Below, in pieces: positions 1 through 12,200 of a stretch of DNA of 64,000 bases. A model generated the notes under the pieces. It was not told the origin of the DNA, did no database searches, and worked only from the letters and a program-made list of their open reading frames with translations. Each line of letters opens with the position of its first letter. Position 1 is the first letter of the stretch. A program made the position numbers and the translations under genes. The DNA comes from Podarcis liolepis (Eukaryota), in NCBI GenBank assembly GCA_965112155.1, contig OZ218103.1. The stretch is one strand, 5' to 3'.

Positions 1-889
1 CATACGTCATAAAGGTACCACAACTCTACTGTCCATCATTCTGAGGTAACCAAACCCTGAGTAAGCACCTGGAACCCGCTCGCACCGCTCCAAGATTGGG
101 GTGGTGTGCAACAGTATTCTGAATCTATTGGAAATAAAGCAATTCACCTTTCCAGCCCCTTTCCTGCTGTGGTTCACCTCAGTCTGTCATGACAGACATC
201 TATGCCCATTGCTTTGTATTTTATGGAGTGCTATGATACGTTTTAGTTTAATTTCATGGAAGACAGCTTTTATCCAGGTTTAACCTTTATTTACAAACAT
301 AGACTTGGCCAGAGAGAGAAGTATCAGCACTTTTGCTGATCCAATTGCCTCTTATTTCAGGGTTCATCTGCTGTGTTCCTCATAGCAACTGACAGTGATG
401 TCAGTTATCCATTTTACATGTTATAGCCACAATTCAGAACTGACAATAGAGAGGCAGCCTTGATGTGGCAATTTTAAAACATAGATCTTAGCTTTTTTTC
501 CATTTTAGCAATTGGACCTTCGTGTATATTGCACAATATTTTCACATGGTCCGAGATTGATACAGTGGGGAAAAAACCCCACCCCTTTCCAAGTCTCAGG
601 AGAATCCAACTGTGTTTGGACACATATGAATGGAATCCAGGGGTGTGGTTCAGTTGTGGGAAATGTATAGGTAAACTAAGTTTAGCCACAACCTTCAGAT
701 TACTTTAATCCAAGATGGTCTTAATGGTTTCATGGAATGTGTAGCTCATAATACTCATTGTATTGCCAGAATTACTAAAGTTCCAAGCAGCTCCTGAAAT
801 CTTTATGTAGCAGAAAGCCACACGCTTCTTGTACAGCTGCTTTATCCTCCCTCCTCAACTGCCTAAACCTACTTTTGGGCTCCCTACAG

Positions 890-1355
890 CAGTGGTTTTC
901 AACCAGTGTGCAGTAGCAACATGGGCGAACACTGGCCTCTGTCCCTCTTTCCTTCCTCTTCTGATTCCCTCTCACATCTCTGCCTCCCAAAGGCTTGCAC
1001 AGCTGTTTGTTGCAGCAGCTCTGGCTACAAGCTTCCAAGGCAAATGGTGCCTCTGGGACTGACCAGGAGGTGCTTCCCAGGCCACTTTGGGGCAGTGTGA
1101 AGAGGCACCTCTCTTTGGGGGCAGCTCAGAGACCAGAGCGACAACTGTGGCTGCCCAAAGGACTCCCAAGGAGAGGGGAGAGGAGAGGAGGCTGAGGGAA
1201 CACTCCACAAGGGAGGGTGTTCGAAAAGCTGTGAGGGCCTGCCAGCTCTGCAGACAAGGGGTGACATAACTGGGCTCCTGAGCCCCATAGGGGTACCATG
1301 GAAAGAATGGAGTTGGTCAAGGGAGCCATGGACCCAAAAATGTTGAGAATCTCTG
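890..1355. mobile_element. Non-autonomous hAT-type DNA transposon in the last NFIA intron
   Basis: Imperfect TIRs CAGTGGTTTTCAAC / GTTGAGAATCTCTG. Exact 8-bp TSD CCCTACAG at 882-889 and 1356-1363; an 8-bp TSD is the hAT hallmark. Explains the cluster of short GC-rich ORFs here. Confidence 0.8.
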
Positions 1356-1705
1356 CCCTACAGGTTTATTATTTAAGTGACAGTTCATGGATAGAGCAGC
1401 ACTCATGACAACTTGTGTCTCTTCCATATGTTCAAATATACACACATCCGTCACATCTGTGTAATGATTTGCAATTTTCTTATTTAATGTTCAGTCATCT
1501 CTATGTAAAAAGAATAAGAAGAGGTGCAATGTCATGTGATTTCACTGGTTGAGTACCTTGGCACAAGAAATAGCCAAATGATTCACTGTTAATTCCTAGG
1601 TTTCTTTACACATAGCCATGAACATGGCAGGGATTCTGCTGAAAGCATTGCATAAATACTAAAAATAAATCAATCTTTCCTTTCTTTTTTGTTTCCTTCT
1701 TGCAG

Positions 1706-1723
1706 TCCTGGTACCTGGGATAA
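1706..1723 (+). CDS. NFIA: Nuclear factor I A, terminal coding exon (…SWYLG*)
   Basis: Strong acceptor (tttcttttttgtttccttcttgcag) followed by TCC TGG TAC CTG GGA TAA = SWYLG*, the NFI C-terminus. Downstream sequence resembles the mammalian NFIA 3'UTR as recalled. Synteny with TM2D1 and PATJ. Confidence 0.92.
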   Translation, partial: SWYLG

Positions 1724-1782
1724 AACTCACAGCTTCCCACCACCCACCAGACAGACCACCCGACCCCTTCCCAACTCTGTAA
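1706..1782 (+). CDS. NFIA: NFIA terminal exon read in the alternative frame (…[24 protein letters not shown])
   Basis: Same acceptor entered in phase 1 gives 24 sense codons (1708-1779) and TAA at 1780-1782. Closely resembles the mammalian NFIA alternative C-terminus ([24 protein letters not shown]) as recalled. Confidence 0.8.
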
Positions 1783-2516
1783 CATGGAAGCAGCAGCAAC
1801 ACAGTGCAGTTACTTCGCATCCATGGAAGGGGAGATGAACAGATATTGACAGCAAGCAACTGCTCGCATTCAGAAACGGCAAAAGTTATGGTTGATTGAC
1901 AAGGGCCGTAACATTGGTTGGGGGGGGGCGGGAGGAGGGGATTTTTTTAAAACAAAAGAACACCTTAGTGACCGATGTAATTTCTCATATGGTGCTGGAA
2001 ATGTTTGGGCTTCATAATTTTTGAAGTGTTTCAACTGGTAGTGTAAGCATTAGGGACACTGGGTAGTAGAGCTAGCCTGCTGGCTGCTTACTGACTTGCT
2101 GTTATAACACTTTCCACATGGCGCCTAGCTGTTTTACAGTATTTTCACTGATTAATTTCCCATATAGGTGTGGGACTCCTTGAGAGATCATGAGGAACAC
2201 ACATACATGATAACTTTTGTAGTAGCTGAATTCTGCAATATAGAACTTACAGGACAGACATGGGGCATGTTTTTTTCTGTAACATATCAGGTGTTTTGTT
2301 TTGTTTTTAATTTTACAGTCGGCAGTTAGATATGTGACATGAATCATAAGAGCATTATCAACAGGTTGATTTCCACTCAAGTTGCAGAGAAATATAAAAT
2401 ATCAACCTACTGCTGTTCACATGAAAAAGAAAAAAAGGGTTTAAATGCTGCACTTACATGAAACATTTTTGATGATTTTCAACATGATATAAAATCCACA
2501 CGGAAATGGGGAAGTT

Positions 2517-2656
2517 NNNNNNNNNNNNNNNNNNNNNNNNNNNNNNNNNNNNNNNNNNNNNNNNNNNNNNNNNNNNNNNNNNNNNNNNNNNNNNNNNNNN
2601 NNNNNNNNNNNNNNNNNNNNNNNNNNNNNNNNNNNNNNNNNNNNNNNNNNNNNNNN
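2517..2656. other. Assembly gap or mask (140 N)
   Basis: Run of N. Further runs at 3443-3582, ~6556-6743, 6870-7051 and 33065-33336. Confidence 0.98.
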
Positions 2657-2998
2657 CCACCCCAGGACTCTAAATTATCGGGGTAAAAAACAGCCTTGCA
2701 AGAAAAAAAGGGGGGGAGCTATTTTTGCTTTTTATGTTTTTTATTGTTAAACTTGTATCCCTTTAAAACTGAAGGAAATTTAAAAAGAAATACAAAATTT
2801 AATGGTGCTTTTACCACAATATGTTATCTACATTAAATGCTAATTAATCATTTTCTGTTATCAAAGCACATAATTAAAATTAAATCATAATATCTGTTAA
2901 TTTTATAAGCTAAAAGTCACTATAATAGATTATGCCAATTCTGATAAAATCGTATGTGTTTCCGGCAATATAGGGTATATCACTTCTCAAAATACTTT

Positions 2999-3086
2999 GG
3001 CCACAACCAGACACGGAGGTAGGTGTGCTTAAGCCCATTGAAACAAATGTCCTTAAGTATGCTTCACTCTGAGTTGGACTGTGGCC
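2999..3086. mobile_element. Short palindromic MITE (PIF/Harbinger-like) inside the NFIA 3'UTR
   Basis: TIR GGCCACA / TGTGGCC, TTT on both flanks, central 'cccattgaaa' motif shared with related copies at 58464-58553, ~61105-61195 and ~51865-51975. Confidence 0.5.
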
Positions 3087-6000
3087 TTTGAGCTAATAAG
3101 AGAAAGCTGTCCAGAAAATAAAACGCCTTTGTGTCCCTGAACTGGCGTTGGTTTTTTTCTGAACTGCAAAGGCAACAAAACAGAAGCAAAATGCTGATTC
3201 TACATCTTATACCAGTTCAAAGCAAGGACACTTGCTGAGAAGAAGAAAAAAAGTTTGGACCCAAAATGTCCTGATCTTATGTACAAAAAAAAGAAAAAGG
3301 AAAAAAAAAACAGGAAAAAAATGCAAGTGATTTTTTTTTTCCTACCAGACAGCGGAGCACCCCTTTGCTTCCCATGCAACTTTAAGAAGGTTTCCTATAT
3401 TATACATATATATACGTTCTGGTTGGCGAGTCTCGCTAATCANNNNNNNNNNNNNNNNNNNNNNNNNNNNNNNNNNNNNNNNNNNNNNNNNNNNNNNNNN
3501 NNNNNNNNNNNNNNNNNNNNNNNNNNNNNNNNNNNNNNNNNNNNNNNNNNNNNNNNNNNNNNNNNNNNNNNNNNNNNNNNNNAAGGGTTTCTACTACTGT
3601 CCTATACAATCAAGTAAACTGAATTTCTTGGGAAGACACTTTGCTCCTCATCTTTTCCCTGAAACTAATTTTTTGTTTTGTTTTGTTTTATTGATTTGCA
3701 CGAAACAAAAACAAAAACAAATTCCATATCAATGTGCCTTGCCCTGGATAGCGATTATTTGTGGAATTGTTGCACATGTTCCTATATTGAAAGGGGTTTT
3801 TTCCCTAGTCAAGCATTTGGAGACACTTTTTTGTAAATGTGACTTTTATGTCAGCCATTGTCAGTTTCAGCATCTTAGAATTCAGTAGGATGTTAGTTGT
3901 TCCACAGATAGCAGTAGTGTTTTCTTGTCCTGTACGGTCAGTGGCAGTGCTATTCTGAGATCTGTAGATGCTAGATTATCAGTATTTTTGATGTTGCTGC
4001 ATTCTACATTTTATTTGGAGTCTTCCTTTTGTTTGTTTTTTTGTTTTTTCCCAGATATATGAAAATATGCAATACCTGCTTATATCATGTAGAAGAAAAG
4101 CTTAGCAATTCTTAATTTTTCTTTAATTTTTTTTTTATTTGACCAAAGTCGGTGCTGCACTTGACGCAGTGTATTTTAGGTGTTTGTCTTTGTACTTTTT
4201 TGTGATTTTTGAATGCACACGCAGGAAGGGCTCTTCTTAGAGAAGCAGTCAAACTGTGAAGCACTAAGCTGAACCCTGCTTCAAGCAATTTTTGTTTTAC
4301 AACTGTTCCTTTCACAAGCAAGCCTTAAAAAAAAACAACCTCCCTTTTTCTTCAAATCCCACACCCATTTTTATTAGCAGATTGCAATCAATCCACATTC
4401 AATAAAAAGTATATAATGCCCATTTTTATATGCACGTTTTTAAAACTTCCAAGTTCTGAAAATTGTTTACTGGTTATTCTCTATTTAAGGAAAAAAATGT
4501 TTTGGATTTTCATATATGTCAAATAAGTGGTTGAGTAGTCATTTGCTCCGTTGTATTGTGTGATTGTTAGTGTTATGGTATCACATCCACTAGCCAGCAT
4601 CCTTTGCCTTCCCTATAGCACTTAGCAGGGCATTACTTTATTAAAACATATGTGCACTAAAAAAAAATAAAAAATAAAAAAATTAGCAGCTTTCAGTGCT
4701 TCACAGTGAAGGGAAAAAAAGCCTAGACAAACATTTTGTCAGAACCTTGCTATAAGCCAAGGTATAACCAGTAAATTGGTTGTATATACAACGAAATTGC
4801 ACCCTTTTTTAAAAAAACAAAAACAAAGCAAACTAAGCAATAGTTTGGGCAGTTAGTTGTTTTTAGTGAGCATGCCGTAGTCATGGCCGCAAAGAGAGAG
4901 AGAATCAAATCTGCCCACTCAGAAGCGATGTAATTTGTATGTTGTATAGTTTTATTGATTACACTGATTTATTCTACCCTATTTTATAATGCAGGACTTT
5001 TGTAATGTTGTTTAAATGAGGAAAATTTCTGTCAAATTAGCTTAGTGGAATTTCTGATTGTTTGTTATAAAGGCAGCATTCATAGAATTGCTTTTTCCCC
5101 CTCTGGGAACTGGATTTAAGTTGAAAACTTTCCTGTTTCCTTTTTGTATGTATTTAAATACAGTTATTTTCCCCCCCCTCTCTCCTTATCTCAATAGTAT
5201 AGCATATTCCTATGCTTGAGAAGTATAGGCTACTGAAGAACCATTGTAAATGGACATTGCAGATATGCTGTATTTTTGAAGGTGTTTTATCGTATTAAGT
5301 TTGAAGATGGTAAAGTTAGGGAATTCTGATCGGAATCTCATAAAACAAATTGTTTTAAAGGCTTTAAACATTAGGTAGGCGGTCAAGGGTGTTTACCAAC
5401 AGGGGTTGTAAAGTATTAAAGACACTAAATTAAATTTTGGTTCATCTTATTGTCATGCAGAAACACAGCAGTTCAGATCTGTTCAGGTGTGGAGAACAAA
5501 CAGAGTTTTATTCCTCAAAGTAGAGCAGAGAATGGAGATCTGAGGAGAGACAACTGCATGGGGTGTGCAGTCTACAATAGAGAAATAATCCTGGGTCACA
5601 CTTCAGAATCAGATTCACATGTCCATTCCCCATTTCAAAATTGCTTTTTATTCTTTGTGCAAACAACTTTTCTTTCTGATCCTTTCTTTTAAAACCGCCA
5701 GATGCACAACACCGGCTCCCGCTCCCATTTTCCGCCTCAGTCCGCCCCCTGCAAAATAACACTGCTCTCTGTGAATTGACTCCACTAGTAGTTTCCTATT
5801 CTTTCGACCACTTTTCAAAATAGGACTTTAGCTTCTTGTCATTCTGCACACCCCTACAATAAAGTATTTATTAATCATGTTATATAGTGATATCCAACGT
5901 CAGTCACCGGGAGTATACCTTGGCTGTTTGGTGATCTCTCCCTCTTCTCTTAAGAGTTGAAAAGTGAAGGAATAGAACCCTTTTTCCCCACAGTATTCAG

Positions 6001-8514
6001 TCAGCCCACAGGAATATGTAAAATTCCTCTACCTAGTTTTCTTTCACAGTTTTCTTTTTGTTCCATATATTTTGCAGCTTTGTAGTAACAGTGTTAACAT
6101 TTACTGTACACATACATACATACACACACAAAACAAAAGACAAAAAAACCAAGATACGTGGCATAAAACAGGTATTTTTCCTTGTGGTTTTTTTTTTCTT
6201 TTTAAACAAAATGTCACTTAATATTATACTTTACATTGTGTCTCTGGAAATATCTTTCTTTTTTTAAAAAAATGATTTTACTTTGGTAGAAGGCCTCCAT
6301 AGAACAAACATTGCAAACCACGACCGGCATGAAAATGTAAGGAGAGCTTCAATGGCACCTAAAAGAAACTCATCTTTCATGAGATCTATTGGGGGAGGTC
6401 TCATGAAGTGAACTCTGCCTACCAGGCAAGGTTTCCATTAAATCAAGCTTACAAAGCCAATTTTGTCTTGAAGTCAATGCATGTATTACTGTTTGACAGT
6501 AAAACCCGGCTATGCCACCATCAAGTCCAAGGCTGTGCAATAGTCTAATTAGTATNNNNNNNNNNNNNNNNNNNNNNNNNNNNNNNNNNNNNNNNNNNNN
6601 NNNNNNNNNNNNNNNNNNNNNNNNNNNNNNNNNNNNNNNNNNNNNNNNNNNNNNNNNNNNNNNNNNNNNNNNNNNNNNNNNNNNNNNNNNNNNNNNNNNN
6701 NNNNNNNNNNNNNNNNNNNNNNNNNNNNNNNNNNNNNNNNNNNGATTTACAAAAATGTGACAACTTGGGGCTCAATTCACTCTGCTTTCCAACAATGTAA
6801 ATGCATAGCAGTGTTTATCTGCATGAGAACTATGCACTAATATAAATCTGAAAAAAGAAATATATCAACNNNNNNNNNNNNNNNNNNNNNNNNNNNNNNN
6901 NNNNNNNNNNNNNNNNNNNNNNNNNNNNNNNNNNNNNNNNNNNNNNNNNNNNNNNNNNNNNNNNNNNNNNNNNNNNNNNNNNNNNNNNNNNNNNNNNNNN
7001 NNNNNNNNNNNNNNNNNNNNNNNNNNNNNNNNNNNNNNNNNNNNNNNNNNNCTTCGCTGTCTGTCAGAACCTTCTGATATAGGTGATGTAAAATAACCGT
7101 ACAATATTAATGCATGCTATTCCATAATGCTTAGTGAGCTGTATGAATATTACTCAAAGTTATGTTAGTCTTTTTTTCTGACTTGGTTCTTGTCAGATAG
7201 GTTTAAAGATATTTCACTGAGAACACAAATTCTGTTTTTCTCTCTCCTTGATTTTGGGTGTTTTCAGTATTTTGGATATATACATTTAACTTAAAATTCA
7301 GTATTATTTGTTGGGGGCAATTTTTTTTATTAATAAGGGCAGGCATAGGGTTTGAAATCAGAAATCCATGCCTGGTGGTATTTTTTCCTTTGCTTAGAAG
7401 CATCCATAAGAACTCTTAAGAGCTTATCTCAGAAGAAAAATAAGACATCATTTCAATGTAAGGAACAATTCTCCAACTTGGAACTGACATTGAAAGTGGT
7501 TTCTTCGTTGACAGTGTTTAAACCAGGTACCCATGCTTGACCCTTCTTCACATCAGACCTCCTCATATTAAAACAAACTTTTAAGAACCTTTTTAAAAAC
7601 CCAACCTCATGTGGCTATTTAGTTTCATGCACCGTTGCAATTTTTTCCTTCAAAAGTCTGTATAAACTTTGGGCCCGATTCATAAATAGTCACTAGGCAT
7701 TAACATAGGATTTTGTTGTATGATTCTTACCCCAAATTTGAGGTCCCCCTCCTCTGTCCCCATGACAAGAACAAATTTTAGCATGTTATTGTTACCAAGA
7801 GTTCACCTGATTTCATGTCCATCAGGAGGCAGAACACCTTCAATATACACATCATTTGACAAGGGGAAGGATCCCTAGAAGATAATAAGTTGATGAGAGC
7901 ATCCTTATTCTGCACTTTGCACAGATAAGGGATTTTTACTGTCCTGCTGAACAAAAAGATAATTCTCTTGGCCATAGCATAATCTGCTAGACTTTGTGCA
8001 GAGGTTTTGTACTTCACTTCGTAATCTTTCCGAGTGCAAAGCAATGTTAGAGCGAATACTTCTAATTCAGTATTTCACAAGATTTCATGTACTCATTCCT
8101 GCATCCTGCATCCTCATTTACAGCAATGCCTCAAATCAGTGAACTCCCACCACTACCCCAAGATAGAAAGGATGAAGCCAGGAATCATCATGATCTGTAG
8201 TATAAATGCAAGAGCTGAAAAAGACCTTGGCAATTCCATGTAGAGAAGGCATTCTACTAATCTGATCTTGGAGAGCACAAATATTGACTAGAGCAAAGTG
8301 TCTGAGTGGACAGTCTCCCACCTGTACCTTCACTTTTGTTGCTACTGTAAGAAGGCAGGAAACTGATTTTGCAGCAACTTTGCAGGCTTGCAAAATGTGT
8401 TAGTGGGAACATTCAGCAAATGAGAATACCCACAACTGACCTGCTGTTGGCTTCTTTGCACAATTAGACAGTCACCGGCTCACTTGCTCAGTTCTGCCAA
8501 TCAAAAGTACTTAT

Positions 8515-8815
8515 GGACACAGTGCAACTCGCTCCCACTGGAGGCAGTGATGGCCACCAACCTAGGTGGCTTTAAAAGAGGATTAGACGAATTCATGGAG
8601 GAGGGGGCTATCAAAGGTCCATGATGACTATACTCTGATTCGGCATTTGGAGGCAGCAGTGCTTCTGAATACCAGTTGCTGGAAACCACAGGAGGGGAGA
8701 GGGCTCTTGCGCTTGAATCCAGCTTGTGGGTTTTCCATAGGCATCTGGTTGGCCACTGTGGGAACAGGATGCTGGACTAGATGGGCCATTGGGCTTGATC
8801 CAGCAGGCTCTTCTT
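8515..8815 (+). mobile_element. CR1-type LINE 3' fragment inside the NFIA 3'UTR
   Basis: Typical CR1 ORF2 end and 3'UTR: gtgatggccaccaacctag…ctttaaaagaggattagacgaattcatggagg…ggactagatgggcc…tgatccagcaggctcttctt. Homologous copy at ~39170-39415. Confidence 0.75.
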
Positions 8816-9194
8816 CTGTTCAAATATTGAGAAATTCTTTTTCATTTTGGTGTAACAAAATGGACATGTGAGAGATCTGCTGCAAAATAACCTCAGCCCT
8901 GTGTTAATACCCCTGTGTCTCTACTTTTTTAATGAATCGGGTCCCTTGTGCCTCTAGTATCCTTGTATTGACTCTCAGAGTTATCATTTTAGTTTTATTA
9001 TGTTCTGTGAAAATTTGCAATTGGTTGAGAATCACTGTGGGCATCCATTCTTTTTTCAACTAAATCTCTGCAGGTTTTTGAGCTGGTGTGGATTAGTTTA
9101 ACTCTTGTATTCAACCATTAGTGCTACCACCCTCTCACATTACAATACGATTACTGGAAGCAAGTACTGCATTTCCTATGCAACAAAAAAGGAA

Positions 9195-9200
9195 AATAAA
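9195..9200 (+). terminator. Distal polyadenylation signal of NFIA (AATAAA)
   Basis: AATAAA followed downstream by U/GU-rich sequence (cattctttacagtgtgtatg…tctttttgtatct). Confidence 0.7.
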
Positions 9201-12200
9201 AAATTGCTAATGCTAACAAGACTTCTCATTCTTTACAGTGTGTATGCAAGTATCTTTTTGTATCTCTTAAACTCACTGTAGTGGGAGCACAGTTTTTAGG
9301 TGATATAGTGAAACAAGACATGTTGAGATCATTGTATGACGGCTTGATATAGAACCCAGGATGCTCCACTGAAATTTACACTGGGTTACCTTGACCTAAT
9401 GGCCAGGGGTCCCTTTACCTTTACCTTGTTGAAACACCATATATTAGTATTTTGTTTCAACGAGATAGCCCAGTGAAAATGTTCAGGAGAGCATTTTGGG
9501 TTCTCTTATCTAAATATTCAGTCTATACTAGGGTTCCCAGAGATCCTACCTACAACATTAAGAGTTTTGAATGGCCTCATTATTGCCTCATATCAATTCT
9601 CACACACTTCGTTTAACCTGTTATGAAATTTAACAAGATCCCTCCTTTCTACAGCTGTCAGACAAATCTTCAAGCACTCAGTGCAAGGCACTGCCATCTC
9701 AGTATCCCATCGTAAATGTAGATCTGTCCCAAGAAGTTTTGCTATCTGTGCTGCCCCACATTCCACACTCCACATTCAGAAGCCAGCTGGACTGGCAGCT
9801 TACAAATTTGCAGGACAAGCGCTGCAATACCCACAGCTGAGTTCTGGCCTGATCACCTAACCATTGCTCTGGGCGCAGTTTCATGCTTACTTGCTGCCCG
9901 CTCCAATGTTGTAACAGAGCAGCATCACATAGGCAAAGAAATGCATGAATGGGGGAGGATTTAACATTCAGGTTATTTAAAAGGCCCTTCTCAAATTCCA
10001 CAGGCACGTAAGAACCTTATTGGACTACACAAAAAAATCTGTCTAGTTCAGCATTCTGTTTCACAGAGTAGGCAACTAGGTGCCATTGGGAAGCCCAAAA
10101 ACAGGACAGGACAAGAAAGCAGGACAAGACAACAGTAGCACTTTCCTTTCATTTGAAGCCTCTGGCTGTAGAAATGGTTTGTTGCTTCTGCCCTTGATGT
10201 GAGAATGATAGTCACATGCTGCATCCCTTGTTCTTTCACCAAAATGGGGGGCCTTCTGACCAAACATCTCTTCGGTTCTGTCAGACACACACCAAAAAAA
10301 GCCCCCAGAGTGTTTGGGGTTATATACAAACATGGTCAGAACTCATCCACAGCAGCTATACTAGGTTTCCAAGGTAAGAAAATTCAAGAAGCCAGCAGGG
10401 AGGCGCCTAAGTATATTAGGCTTTTAAAGAGGATGAGGAGATTAGGAGGTGATCACACAGACCTACAATAAGGATCTAGTTAAAGAAAACTCTTCTGGTT
10501 GCTGGGTGGGAGGATATATAAGTTTAAGAACAGAAAGAACATGTCAGGTTTCTTAAATTTTGTCAGAACATTGTTTCTTGGGCCAACTGGAAGGCATGCA
10601 AGACCAGGATCAGATTGCAGTTGGGGCTTGGGGAGTTTGCCAATGTCAAGCACAGTATAAGGTGGAGCCCCCTCCTGCATGTCCTTCTCAAAAGGGTGAG
10701 ATTGAAGCAGTGCTCACAACTGGAGTATAATCTGAATCTTGCTCTTCATAAGAACTTTGTTGTTGGCGTCCATCTGTCTTGAGAGACAATGAAATGTCGC
10801 ACAAGGCAGTGGGTAAAAGGCCTACAGCATCTGTATCATGAGGTGGTATGTACTTTTCAGCAACGGCATCCAGTTGTACATGTATATATTTATTATTATT
10901 ATTATTTTAACACATATGAAAACATATATGAAGGATAACCATCACAAGAAGCTATAGAAGAGGACTTGCAGCAAAGACATCGTCCTCATCTGTCAACAGT
11001 CTGGAGTGGGGGGGGGAGATTAATTTTTACCTGGTGCTGAAACAATACCAGGCAGGCCTCACTGGGGAGACCTGCCAGAAGAAAACCATTGGAAATAATA
11101 ATTTTGTAGCCCTAGTGGATCCAACCTCAAGCATCTTACCTCTGTATTTCTGAAGCTCCCTCTGTGTTGAAGCATACTGAAAAATAACACATTACAGTTT
11201 AAAATACCCAGTTTCCATTTCAATCCAGATGCTATTTGTTTGCCCTGACCCAGAAGGCTATGAAGGATAGCTTAATTGTGAGGGTTTCTCCATTGATCCT
11301 CATGGAGGGAACAAATCTGTTTGGCCAAGGCTATGCATGCAAATATCTCCTTCATAGTAATGACTGGTGAATCTCATGTGCCCAGGAACATTATGTGCAC
11401 ATTGGAGCTCCTGCACTCATACAAGTTCCCTACATTGAGTCATGGTATATTCAGCTTTTAATAAGATGCATATTTTGCAGAGGTGTTGCCTTTCACCCAT
11501 AAATGTAAAATTTGTAGAGAGTAAGAATAAATACCCTAGGCTTTATATTTATTCTATAAAAGAATGAAACCCTTGTGGGGTGGTATCTACTCTAACAAGG
11601 GATTTCACTTTTTCCTGGCAATCGGCTTTCATGCCTTCCCATCACTTCTCACTTACCCCTTTCTGAGCTTTGCATTTCCTCCAACCTCCCCCCCCCCCCA
11701 CATGCACACACAAATGATTTGCAGCTTGAATACATTTTCTTAATCGGGCAAACCTGCTGCATTTGCATGCTCTACACTGAGCACAGAATTTGGCCGACTT
11801 GGCCTAGCAGGCAGAGAGCCGTACACCTCAGGCAGAGCAGAGTGGTGGGACTTCTGTTAACTGGCTATTTTAATCAGTATCTGGGTGGCTTCCAGATTCT
11901 AACATTGGCACAGCTTGGCCGGGATGGCCTAATTTTCACTGTATTAATATGCTCTTCTTGGGTAGGAAATTGCCAGCCGCTGGAGAGCCTAAACAAATGC
12001 CACAGAAATAAATGCTAATGCTTCAAGCACAAGGAATGCTCATGGGCTTCAGTAACCTAGGTGCAAAGCTTGAATAATGGTTTAAAACAACCCTCCTTTT
12101 GTTACAAAATACTGAAAGAGGTCAGTTTCATTTTATTGCTGCTTCCAGTCAGGGGCATCTCTCTCTCCTTCACACAAACACACAGGCTCAAATTGCAGTG

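Larger units (their letters stand above)
1724..9215 (+). other. NFIA: NFIA long 3'UTR (~7.5 kb)
   Basis: AT-rich UTR-like sequence ending in …CATTTCCTATGCAACAAAAAAGGAAAATAAAAAATTGCTAATGCTA, which resembles the recalled mammalian NFIA mRNA end. Contains four N gaps. Confidence 0.75.
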
